Positions 1-10,313 of a DNA stretch of 64,000 nt are shown here, in pieces. Within the stretch, counting starts at the first letter, position 1. Every line of letters starts with the position of its first letter. The translations under genes and the position numbers were made by a program. This stretch comes from Takakia lepidozioides (Eukaryota; Plantae; Bryophyta): the NCBI GenBank assembly GCA_030704615.1, contig CM060731.1:78430001-78494000 (forward strand). The letters run 5' to 3'. Below the pieces are notes generated by a model that was not told the DNA's origin, did not search any database, and saw only the letters and a program-made list of their open reading frames with translations.

Positions 1-1841
1 TTCTTTATTGCAGCTTCCACACCCTTTGATGTCCTTAGTTCCTCTGGTGTAGTGCGGTAATATTCGGATTTTCCCTTCTCAGCTGCCTCTGCCAGTTCTT
101 GCTGCATTCATTCAAGTAGTGATTAGCTCCGAAGGGACTCTAAACATGTATTCGAAAAGTAAACAGATTACAGACTCGGGCTTACCGCATACATGTACTC
201 CAGAAACGCCTCTCGTGTCAAAGAATACCAAGTGCCTGCAGCTCTTCCTGTTTCGCACTTCTTGATGATATTGGGTGGTAGTACTGTCCGAAAATCATCC
301 AGCTTCATCAGACCAATCCTCTGAATTCGGAATAGTGTGTGAACCAAGCTTGTTGTCACATGCGATTTCTCTGTCGATCTGCAAAAACATTGAAAACATT
401 GCATTCCTTAACACTGTTTTTTGAGGATCAACAAGACACTACAGAGGGAATCAAATCTCCTGGATGACTTACTTGTTCACGTCGTGCATAGCTGTAAGAA
501 GCCTAGCGATGTCGTTTCCTGGATCCAAAACCATTGCCTCCACAGCAACATGCTTGTCTTTGTCTTTCGAATGGTGTTTCTGAATGTATCCCATCCATGC
601 CAGCAATCGGTGGTTGCCGTCCCAGACGTAGAACATGTGGTTGCAAAATTGCTGGGTGTTCTTTCCCATCATGAGGCCCAGCTCGAACTCCTCATTGGCA
701 TCTTTCCAGCACTCATCCCAGTTATCACTGATCTCTGGAGAAACTAATGTGCTTTTCCCATTTATATCCGTCAGTGACACATAAAAAACTTGTGCACCAA
801 GTCTATATCCATGCACAAAATCACTCTCCAATTTTGTTATGTCATGGGAAAGAGGTGGACGCACAACAGGCATTGATATCATCCGGCACAGAGGTATGTC
901 CAGACGCCCTCCAGATACGAGCATGTCCCTTATAACCTCCTGAGAGTTTACCTTCTGGAATGACATGAGTTCTTTCACCTTGTCAAGGTAGTGCACTTCG
1001 GATTCATCTGCTTCATCTGTATTCTCTGAGCTTTTTGCGGACTCGTCCCCATCTCCAGATCCTTTCCCCTCTGATCCTGTAGGCTTCGACCTCACAGTTT
1101 TCTGCACGATGCCATTCAGTTCTGACTAAGTGATTTGCAAATAGTGAATGGCGGTAACGACAATCACTCTGTATCAAGGAAACTCACCATGAATGGTGTG
1201 AAAGAATTCAGCACAATCTACACATGCAAAGCCGAGACTGCCGTATTCAAAACAAAAGTGAGAGCGATAGCGAACGGCGTTAACGACAATCACAAAAGAT
1301 AACAACCTGCCGGATCGGTGTTGTGTAATGACATATATGTGCAACTGATTGGCGGCAACGACATTCAGTGTAGTTTAGGGAGAATAGTAAGTGCAGACTC
1401 TCTCTTCAAACACATAGGTACATAAATCTCATGAGCAGAATCGAATGGCGTTAACGACGCTCGCGATTCAGTAGTTCCTGCTAAAGAATGGAAGAGGAAG
1501 GACTCCTTGAAAGGCAATCACACAGACTATATGATAAAACTTACTGGCACCTTCTTAGGTTTTGAAATTTGATCCCCTTCTGCAGCTTTCCTCTTCCCTC
1601 TCACATCTGCTGGAGTTTCTGTCTGCGCAAGGGTTTCTTGACCTTCTTCAGGTTCGGCGTTCCGCGTGCTTCCACCTTCTTCAGTGTCCCTGCGATTCAT
1701 CTCTGCCTCCACAGGCTGGCGCACTCTTATCGCCGACTGTGTCGCAGCCGCTGCCTCAGTCTCCGTCTGCTCTTGTGAATCAGTCTCCGCGTTCACCTGC
1801 TGCCTTGGCCCTGTGTTCTCCAACAAACGACGCCTCGTCAT
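1..1841 (-). CDS. Transposon-borne ParB/Sulfiredoxin-like domain protein, probably the N-terminal part of a ParB-DNA amino-methyltransferase fusion; 3' part outside the window
   Basis: Exons 1841-1545, 1101-473, 378-186 and 101-<1 join through GT-AG introns into one open frame. It has an acidic/basic disordered N-terminus (RGKRKA..KPKK, NLS-like), then IPLCRMISMPVVRP..DITKLESDF..G and FYVWDGNHRLLAW (ParB/Srx DGxHR motif). A homolog with the same NK^gtaag intron position lies at 7904-8492. Confidence 0.8.
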
Positions 1842-2696
1842 TTTCTCTCTTGCTCTGCGTCTCTCTCTAAGGGAAGTAAAATAAAGAGACTTTCTTCTCT
1901 TTCGTATTCTAGAAGGAACCCTCTCCAGCTTGACTACCACTCTCCCTCTAAGCGCGAAAAGTAGAAAAACGCAGTGACTCTCGATTTCTTGCGGGATTGC
2001 CTGTGTTCTTGCGTGTCTCTAGAAGCATCGGATTCCCTCCCGCGTGACCGTTACACATAGTCGTTTCGTTATTAGTGCACATGCCAGCAATTGGTGTACA
2101 GCTGTTCGTATTCAGTTATGGATGTCTGACGTGTGCCGCCCAAAACAAAACGGCGTGTTCTAAATTATAACTGGTTCAATATTTAAAAAGAACAGCGAAT
2201 CCCAGAAATTGATGCGCAGTCTTAAACAAATAAATATAAATGAACGAGAGTTTGATGACAAATTTTGGAATATCATACACGGTCATCCTTGTTATCCAAA
2301 CCCCACATTCGTTGCACATTTGGAACTTTCCAGGTGCGCATGATCATTGGTAGTAGTATATAGATACATTTACTTAATCTGCAATCCCATTCTCGGATCC
2401 TGTGGCATGCTTCCAGGAAGTCGGCTTTGTTATTGGGTTTATTGATGAGGTTCTGATTAACGGTTTAACAGTTGCCGACACTGCCCCTATGGATTCTCTG
2501 ACCACTGGGCCCACAAGAAAAGTAATTAAAATGGACGGCTGCATATCTGGAATGAATAACAGAATATGCACAGTCGTTATCTGAGCTTCCTCCGCCATAT
2601 GCTCTGCTCATTCTTCAACTGTGTTCTGGAGACAGCAGTAAACCGATTTACACTAGATCTGCGATAGCAAGGTACAAACATACTCGAGGAAGGAAG

Positions 2697-5600
2697 ATGG
2701 CTTCCTCTGAAGCGGAGTTCTTCTCAGACGACAAACCAGTGCCGTTCTCCCAGGAAGTCCTTGACAATGGATTTGCAATTGTTCTGGAACATGTCTTGGC
2801 TACCCGTTTTCAGCTGCAGAATGGCTCCATCTTTTTGGAGAAAGAGGTTTACGATCTGAAAGGGAAGTTGGTGAAATATTCTTTCCAAAACCGTGATGAG
2901 ACGGCTCATATCAGCCAGTGGAGAGTGCGTCCTGGTCGATACAGAGTACTTGGAGAGCCTCGGCGAAAGTCCCTTGGGTCATATGTGACGCCCGGGACTG
3001 CTGCTTCGGTCGTTGAAGACAAGAGGGAGGTGGTGGTGAAAAAAGAACAGACTTCCTCCACTCCAATCGTTGAGCTTTCGGATTCTTCCGATGATGACAT
3101 AAGTGAAATTCCAAATCCAGTCCTTCCTACTGTGGTTGCAGAAGCTGATGAAGAAGAGATTTGTAGTGTCATTCCAAAATTGCGGGCGATGGGAGGAATG
3201 GCTGGATTCAAAAGTGAGTTGCGGGGAATTGATTGGGAATCTTTGAAGCAGGTGCCTGTGAAGTTCTTGCCGGAGACTTTTGATGGCGATATCCTATTCG
3301 AGCTGCCTCCTCCTCCGCGAGTTGGAGGTGTAACAATCATGATGCATGGAATGGACAAGAAACACGACGGGCACCCGTGGTGCAGAACAAAAACATCCAA
3401 TATTCAGAATGATGACAAGCTTGTTTTCAGGAGGACAGTTTGCAATGGACACCTTAGGTGTGATAATTTGAATTGCAGACACTTTCTTCAGTCTGGAGTT
3501 CATAATCAAAGCGAATGGGAGGGTCTGGCGGAGAATCCATTTCAGCCTGGGACTGCCCCTCCACCGGCAAACACTTTCGTCTGCAAATTCTGCAAACTTG
3601 TGCCATCCTCTGCGGAGCAAGAATGTACTATGTTGTCCACCGTTTGAATACAATGACGAGAGCTTGTGTGCATTTTGGATTCCATAACCATCCTGTCTCG
3701 AAGGGGGATTACAGGGAGAGTGTTGAGACAGTATCGAGGTTGATCAAACAGGAGTTCGGGAGAAACCCATCCGCAACAACATCTGCAATTGCTCTTGGCG
3801 CAAGCAAGTCCTTCTTGGAAAGCCATATTTTGAGTGAAGGAGATTCTGTGGGGACTAAACTTGACGGTGCAGCATTGGACCTGGTCATGGATCATTTCTC
3901 CACTTTAAGTTCACCTAACATTCGGCATCAGATCAATGCATTGAGAATGGGCTCTGGGATCAGAGGCTACATAGACAATATTTTGGAATTGAAACGACTG
4001 AGCAAGTACGATTACATCCAGGACAATGTATTCCCAGGTCAAGGTGCCATCAAAGTTTTTCTTTTCAAAATGTCGACTGTTGGGGAGGGCAGTGGGGTTA
4101 GCCTCGTGAAGCGGATGCAAAAGACTGGGGACTTGCAGAACTGTTTTCTTATGTTTGATCATGTGAAACGAGTGAAGGATTGGACGACAATGGCTTGTCA
4201 TGTCTACGATCCAGTGTACCAACGAGTTATGACAATTGCAGTTTGTGACATGCAATCCGAGGATACGGAATCCCAGAAGCTCATGTGGAATTCCCTGATA
4301 CGTGTCATGGGCTGCCATGGGCTGCCATCTCCAAATTTCGCAGGTTTCATGGCGGATAGTGCTCAAGCAAATTTCAATGCTATTCGTATTGTCTTCGGAT
4401 CGGGCGACCCAAAAGTGCCTATGCCAGGAAGAGAGCGTACATGTCTATTCCATTGGACACAATCTCTGGAAAAACATACAAAGTCGGACATCAAACCAGA
4501 GATGCAGACTCAGCACCGTAAATTGTGCAAAGAGTACAAAGATGCTAGAACAATGAAGGAGGCGGACACTTTGTTCCAGACAATTCGTGCCTGGTGGTTC
4601 TCTTCTGGAGCTGCATCACTTGAGAGTATGAGAGCATTGGAAGATTGGCTGGCGTTTTGGCACTTCCGGTATAGACAGTGGGGAGCAGCCATGACAATGG
4701 TACGAGGCTTCTATTTCATGCTTTATTCATACATTTGCTTTCCATATTTTTGACTCATTGCTTTCTTTATGTTGTTTCCTGTGCACTATTCTGAAGTGTG
4801 GTTATCCTCTTTGCAGAACATGTCCATTGAGGAAATGGCAGACATGCCATCTTGCAATTTGGCAGAAACTGTGCACAATGCATGGTTGCAGCAGTCTGGG
4901 AAACGAGGTCGGGATTTGTATGTGGCAACAACAGATGATTTGATACGTGCCTTGCAACAACAAACCCGATACCGTGATTTCTTACGAGGTGGGGTTGGTG
5001 GCAAGGGTCCGGACAAATCGGAGTTGATGTTGCGTGCTGCAAACAGATCTGGGGATCCAATCAAGATAGCACGGGCGGTGAGCATGTATGCCCAGGGAAC
5101 GCCACTTGTTTCTAGAGTTCCACATCTTGAAGGGGAGGAGAGATTCGGCTCCTGTAAGAGGAAATTGAACACTCCACCTGGTTCGGATTCAGATTCCCAC
5201 AGGGCAGACCGTGATAACTTCTCGAAGCCTCGTGTTCCCCTGCATGACAGCTCCGTGTCCGGAACCTCCATTGTGGAGGAACCTCCAACACGACGGCAAG
5301 CTCCAGCATCAAACCGTGCCACTGAAATGGTGCAGGAGAGAAACAACCCCCTTGATGTGCTTGAGTCCGCATGCCCCGACCACGTTTGGCACATAGAACG
5401 CACAAGTGTCGGGTCTCGTGTGAAATGTACAGCGATCAGGGCAACTAATTTCGAGAAGTGCACTTCATCTATATCCAGAGGTGGTGCCCGAACTCCTGCT
5501 CCGACTTTCACGGGCTTGATGCGTCCATACGGTCAACCAGAAGCCAAGAACCACAAGTTTGGTTCTGCGCAGATGATTGTGCCAGATGTGTGCATGGAAC

Positions 5601-6200
5601 TGTGCGTCCTTCCGTAGTGATGAAGCCATCTCCTCCAACCGTTTGGCCCGTGAAGGTGGGAACACATCTCAGCTTTCAGGAGATTGAAATGCTGAGGAGG
5701 CAGGTTTTTCCCTTGCGAGACAACCCCAACTCCATGCATGTGCTACTACTCCTGCGTCCTCCCGGGTCCCCCCGGCAAATCCTGACTTGTGGCCAACCAA
5801 ACGAGATGGAAAGCTCGTTCGGCGTTTCCCTCCAACCGCTGAACACTTTGGCAAAGTGGAGTCCGCAAGAATGCTCCAAGCTCGTGTCGGAAGCACCACG
5901 GAAGTACCCGATCCAGGATATGGTCGGGTATTCACAATCATCACTTCCACATCTGCTGTTCATGACAGGACCTACGACATCACGGTTTCCAATTTCCCCA
6001 ATTGCACATGTCCTGATTTTGTGAATATGCTATCAACCAGTTTGGGCAAGAGAGGTAAATTCATACCCTGCAAACATTTGTATTTCATATTTTTGAGGAG
6101 GATGGTTTGCGATCCCAAACGTGACAACTTCATTCACCAGGCCACTATGAGTTTCAACGAGGTCGATACTCTTTTGCAGCGGGATACAACACATGGGTAG
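2697..6200 (+). pseudogene. MULE/Mutator-family DDE transposase with N-terminal GCM/WRKY-like Zn finger and C-terminal SWIM finger; three frameshifts
   Basis: GCM-like finger: DGHPWCRTKTS..RRTVCNGHLRC..C..VCKFC..CGARMYY..HFGFHNHP. MULE core: LMFDH (D1), FMADSAQANFNAIRIVF (D2), CLFHW (CxxH), CNLAETVHN (E). SWIM: CTCPDF..CKHLYF. Phase-0 intron at 4700-4816. Frameshifts near 3596 (about 10 nt missing relative to copy 2), 5558 and 5694 (1 nt each). Confidence 0.9.
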
Positions 6201-6619
6201 CATGAACTATGTAATGTGGTATGTGGATGACCATGATTTGAAATGTGTAATTCACATCAATTCGTCGGCTGTGCAATGATATGGCCTCCAACTATACGGA
6301 GTGAGGTCTGAGTGACAACTTTTAGGTAGTGCACATTTGTCATTGCACCGTTCGAAGTCTACATGTCTTGCTGTCGCTATGCACTACAATCATCTTTTGA
6401 AGATGATCATAACTCTCATTGTTATTTGAGGAGGGAGGAAGTCTTCTCGTGGCAGCCTTTATGGCGCACACTTTGTGAGGATATTTTGTCGTCTTCGTAA
6501 TTGTAAAAGTGAAACAAACATTTGTAATTGCACAATGTTGGATGCTGCAATTGTAGGCCTCAACGCTCGTCTTGATTCTATTTAGGCAAGATTCCCTGCA
6601 TTAATTCCACGGTCATAGG

Positions 6620-6841
6620 ACCATCCACGGTTATAGGCGGCGCATGTTAATGCTGACGTGGCAGTTGACGGACAGTGCCACGTCATCATTTACCGCCACA
6701 TCAGCATGCTGACATGACGCTCACGCCACGTCAGCATGTGTGCAGGCTCACGCCACGTCAGCTGGCGTGAGCGTACGCTCACGCCACGTCACTCCTGCGT
6801 GAGCGTACGCTCGCGCGCTCACGTGCAACGCTCACGCCATT
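6620..6841. repeat. Subterminal/terminal repeat array at the right end of element 1
   Basis: GCTCACGCCACGTCA occurs at 6719, 6746 and 6777. Perfect 24-bp palindrome TGGCGTGAGCGTACGCTCACGCCA at 6763-6786. TGCTGACGTGGC and CCATCCACGGTTATAGG have same-orientation counterparts at 9310-9387. Confidence 0.8.
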
Positions 6842-7374
6842 GCGTCAGGGATTTGCAGGATGTCAAGAGTGGGAGGATTCAAGAGTGAGTGAGGGGGATG
6901 ACTGGAGCATCCTTTCAATGTTCAGAGAAGGTGGCTTCTTGGGCCGGAATCTTTTGATGGTAATATTGTTTTCGAGCTGCCTCCTCCTGGTCGCGTGGGG
7001 GGCATTTCCAGTCTCATGGAAGGAATGGACAAAAAGCACGATGGGCACCCTTGGTGCCGCACAAAAACCTCCAATATTCACAACCACAACAACCTCATAT
7101 TCAGGCGAACAGTCTGTAATGGGCACCTGAAATGCGAGAACATGAAATGCAGACACTTCGCCTTGTCGGGTGTGCAAAACCAAAGTGAATGGGATGGTGT
7201 CAGTGAGAATCCATTCAAGCCTGGTGTGACACCACCATACAGTAACACTTTTGTGTGCAAGTTCTGTAGGGTACCACCTTGCTGCCTTACAATGTGTGGC
7301 GCCAGAATGTACTATGTAGTGCATCGATTCAAAATCCTAACTAGAGCCTGTGTCCATTTCGGTTTTCACAACCA
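6842..7374 (+). pseudogene. Fragment of the GCM-finger region of a second, diverged MULE transposase
   Basis: MEGMDKKHDGHPWCRTKTSNIHN..RRTVCNGHLKCENMKC..VCKFCRVPPCCLTMCGARMYYVVHR..RACVHFGFHN aligns to about 3170-3690. Its 5' part is frameshifted and it stops abruptly at 7374. Confidence 0.9.
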
Positions 7375-8492
7375 ACGCATGAAAAGATGCTCCTGCAAAT
7401 CGAAGATGAACGAGAAATCAAAACAGGGCTTCCCTAAGCTCACTGCCCACATTTCAAACATAGTGTTCAGGGCCCCACCTGTTCCCATAGACAAGTCAAC
7501 CACTCGTCCACCGTGACGGCTGCATGTCTCCACCAAAGTCTGCATGAAAGCTGGGGATTTCTCCCTCTCCAAGGAACACCAGTCGACCTTTTCATAGTTC
7601 AACCCGAGTCCATGTAATTGAAGATTACATCATCATCCACAGGCTCGCAGTGGGGTCAATGTGAGCTGCAAGGTCCCTCAACTGGAACTCAGCAATACCA
7701 GGAGGAAGAGTGTCCTTACGCACCCTCACCAGACACAAAGCTTCGAACACCCGAGTCTGTCAATAATCACGAAGAGAGCATGAGGCAAAAGACACGAACC
7801 AACTTTTGACATTTACTGAAGAACCACGAAACTTTAATTCAAAGGAACCAACTCACTTTCTGCCCCGGGAACTCGCCCTTCGTAAGAGGCAGAGTGTTCT
7901 TACTTGTTTATGTCGTGCATGGCTATCAAGAGCTGCGTGACACGTCCTTTGTGGTCGAGTACCATGGAAACCACGCTCCAGTGCCATTCGATCTCGTCTG
8001 AGTGCAAGCTTGAAATGTAATCCATCTAGGCAAGCAGTCTATGGTTTCCATCCCAGACAAAAAACATCTTTCCCATAAACGCTTTTGTGGAGGTCTTTTT
8101 GGACAGCTTGAACTCGAACTCCATGTTTACATCCCGCCAGCATGCATCCCAACTTTGCTCTATGTCCTCTATTACAAGACACTCCTCTCCTTTCGTGTTC
8201 ACAGTGGATACATAGAACACTGCAGATCCCTTGACATAGCCGTGAACAAAATCGTTCTTCAACTTCGTGATGTCGTTCCTCAATGTGGGTCGAACCGTGG
8301 GCATGGAGATCATCCTGCATAGTGGGATAACCAGGTTTCCGCCGGGAACCTCCATTGACAAAATCACCTTCGAGGAGTTCACTTTCTGCCCACCCATAAC
8401 CTCCTCAGCCTTGTCTTCATAGTGTCCCTTAAATGACTCTTCCTCACCATCACCTTCTGCCACTGCCGCATCTCCCCCCACGGATTTCCTTT
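7375..8492 (-). pseudogene. Inverted segment of a ParB + beta-class DNA amino-methyltransferase gene (ParB exon, internal deletion, MTase motif X/I exons)
   Basis: ParB exon 8492-7904 (FFVWDGNHRLLA*MDYI..AMHDINK; TGG>TAG at 8026-8028). Deletion junction near 7900, intron 7856-7757. Exon 7756-7479 reads ..DDDVIFNY..KRSTGVPWRG/EKSPAFMQTLVETCSRHGGRVVDLSMGTG with a stop and frameshifts. An 86-bp phase-1 intron at 7478-7393 is followed by ASFHA. Confidence 0.8.
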
Positions 8493-9049
8493 TGCAAAAG
8501 CGCCGGAAGGCACTTCTTCGACATGGAGGCTGATACTGAGCTCTTCTCAAGCGAGCTTCATCAGCTTGAGTCGGGCACTACTTCTGCCCCATCCACGGAG
8601 GGACCTCTTGAGGAGCCCGAAGCGCCTGACGAGGATCTCGACGTGGACTCCGATTTTGAGTGTGAGTAAGTTCAGCTCTAGTCGTGCAAAATATGTTGCA
8701 TTTCCTTGTGTCATTCCCATTCGACAGATGGTTGTTGCTTACGTCTATTTCTGGATGATAACATCTACCACCATTCCTCTTCTTGCTTTCCAGAGTTCGG
8801 CACCAGTCATCGAATACGCAGACACCTTTCGGTTTCCAAGGATACTACATGTCCCCGAGTCCCCCTAGAGCTTACCGCTTGCCGGTTTATGCGGAAGCTT
8901 GCGCACGGGTGTTGTCCCAACAAACAATGTATTCGCCTCTCCATGGGGGTCGCGGAAAAAAAAAACGTCGCGGATGGGCTGCTGTGTTCATAGATGATAT
9001 TGCTGCAAAATCTGGAAGTAGTTCCTCTGAAACCTCCAATAGTTCTTGA
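8493..9049 (+). pseudogene. C-terminal end of the same methyltransferase gene plus an acidic/basic tail
   Basis: CKSAGRHFFDMEADTELF directly continues GTGASFHA (compare the consensus GSGTTxxAAxxLGRxFIGxExD). A GT-AG intron at 8666-8793 keeps the frame to TGA at 9049; the tail contains RGKKKRRG. Confidence 0.75.
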
Positions 9050-9309
9050 GGTTCAAGTACCGAGACTTAGGATTGCCTGGGGTAGGTCTTCAGATTCCGG
9101 CATTGAAAAATGTTTGTGGGTTGGAATGAATGAACTACTTTGCAAAAGAAGGGGTTTGCTGTTAATATTCAATTCTCTAGCGGGCCTCACTCAAAAATCA
9201 TGTCCTCGATCCTAAACCATCCACAAACCTACCATTGTTCTCGGTCGGAAAGAATATTCATGTGGGGGCGATGAAGATGGATCAAAAAATAAGGACATAG
9301 GCGACAACC

Positions 9310-9426
9310 GATCCGCGGTAATAGGGGGGGGGGGGGGGGGGGGATTAGGGCCTGTACACGTGGATGATTGCTGACGTGGCGTGAGCCTAGCCAGGCTCTC
9401 ACAGGCTCACGCGCAAGCATTCCCCC
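9310..9426. repeat. Right terminal/subterminal repeat of element 2
   Basis: GCTGACGTGGCGTGAGCC (9370-9387) is the exact reverse complement of 6745-6762. The terminus reads ...GCATTCCCCC, and a poly-G run lies at about 9325-9343. Confidence 0.65.
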
Positions 9427-9636
9427 ATAATTTACACTTCCTTCTGGAGGCGTCATATATTATTATTATCCCATAGATTAGAGCACTTTTCGGACTTTGC
9501 ATCTTCATCGATGCATACTATATGGCACCCCTAATCTTTCATTGGGCCCAGTTAGCAATGGTAGTCCTAGTCTGAATATAGCCTATTCACAAAAAGATGG
9601 TTCTCTTCTCTTGCAATATTCGAGTGTTGCACTATG

Positions 9637-10313
9637 AGGTTGGGCAGCGCGTGAGCATGAGCACAAGGACATATTCCCCGAATTTCCGTGGAATTTCCAC
9701 AACGAAACGAAATTGACGAAATTAACACTTATGCGAAACTAACATATAAAGAACTAGTAGCCCCTATACCTAATGAACATGTTCCCTTATAGGCGTGGCT
9801 TTTTCTCCATAACAAATGCGAGAGTGGGCGGTGAGGCTTCACCTCAAATGTAAGGTCCTCGCCCATGGATAATTTTGCACGGCGAAACCAGCCCGAGAAG
9901 AAATCACACCATAGCTAAAAGGATGAATGGGTCACTTTTAAAGCCCCCCATACCCATTCTTTTTGGATGTGGGATTGTTGGCTGCTGGGATTTCGTATAG
10001 AAAGTTTTGACTCAAGCTATACCACTAAGGGTTTCTCAATGTGAAACCCACTGTTGCTTAGGTTTGTGCCCATATCACATATCATTTCTCAATGCGAAAT
10101 TCACCGCTGCCGCTATAGGTTTAGGCTATTGAAGGTTTCGCCTCGTTGAATTGGCACAGATGTACCGCACAAATGCATCAGTCCTCTATACCCGCTTATG
10201 GTTTCATTCCGTTTTGAAAACATATAACGCCTATGACCAAGGTTGAAAAACATAAAACTCCCACGACCGTGGGTTGTGCTTGCTCGAGCGTGCTCACAAG
10301 ATATCTTTCCCCC
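9637..10313. mobile_element. Putative non-autonomous MULE-like element (MITE)
   Basis: Flanked by the direct repeat GCACTATG (9629-9636, 10314-10321). Degenerate inverted ends carry GTGAGCA/TGCTCAC, and the right terminus TTTCCCCC resembles that of element 2. No ORF. Confidence 0.55.

Larger units (their letters stand above)
1..6841. mobile_element. Mutator-like (MULE) DNA transposon, element 1: transposase (+) and divergent ParB-domain cargo gene (-); left end outside the window
   Basis: MULE DDE transposase ORFs at 2697-6200, a spliced ParB gene at <1-1841, and a CpG-rich palindromic subterminal array at 6620-6841 that resembles the element-2 end at 9310-9426. Confidence 0.85.
6842..9426. 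mobile_element. Rearranged, internally deleted MULE relative (element 2): transposase fragment, inverted ParB-MTase segment, MTase tail and terminal repeat
   Basis: Protein-level homology to both element-1 genes; ends in GCTGACGTGGCGTGAGCC...GGCTCACGCGCAAGCATTCCCCC. Confidence 0.8.

Noticed and set aside
6700-6840. CRISPR-like repeat array
   Set aside because: Repeats are short and irregularly spaced without unique 30-40 nt spacers, the context is eukaryotic, and no cas genes are present; it is better explained as a TE end.
9325-9343. Poly-G run as a G-quadruplex element
   Set aside because: Homopolymer length is unreliable in assemblies and there is no independent support for function.
1-9426. 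Bacterial or phage contamination as the source of the ParB/MTase
   Set aside because: The gene has multiple canonical spliceosomal introns, sits with a eukaryotic MULE transposase and is contiguous with plant genes.
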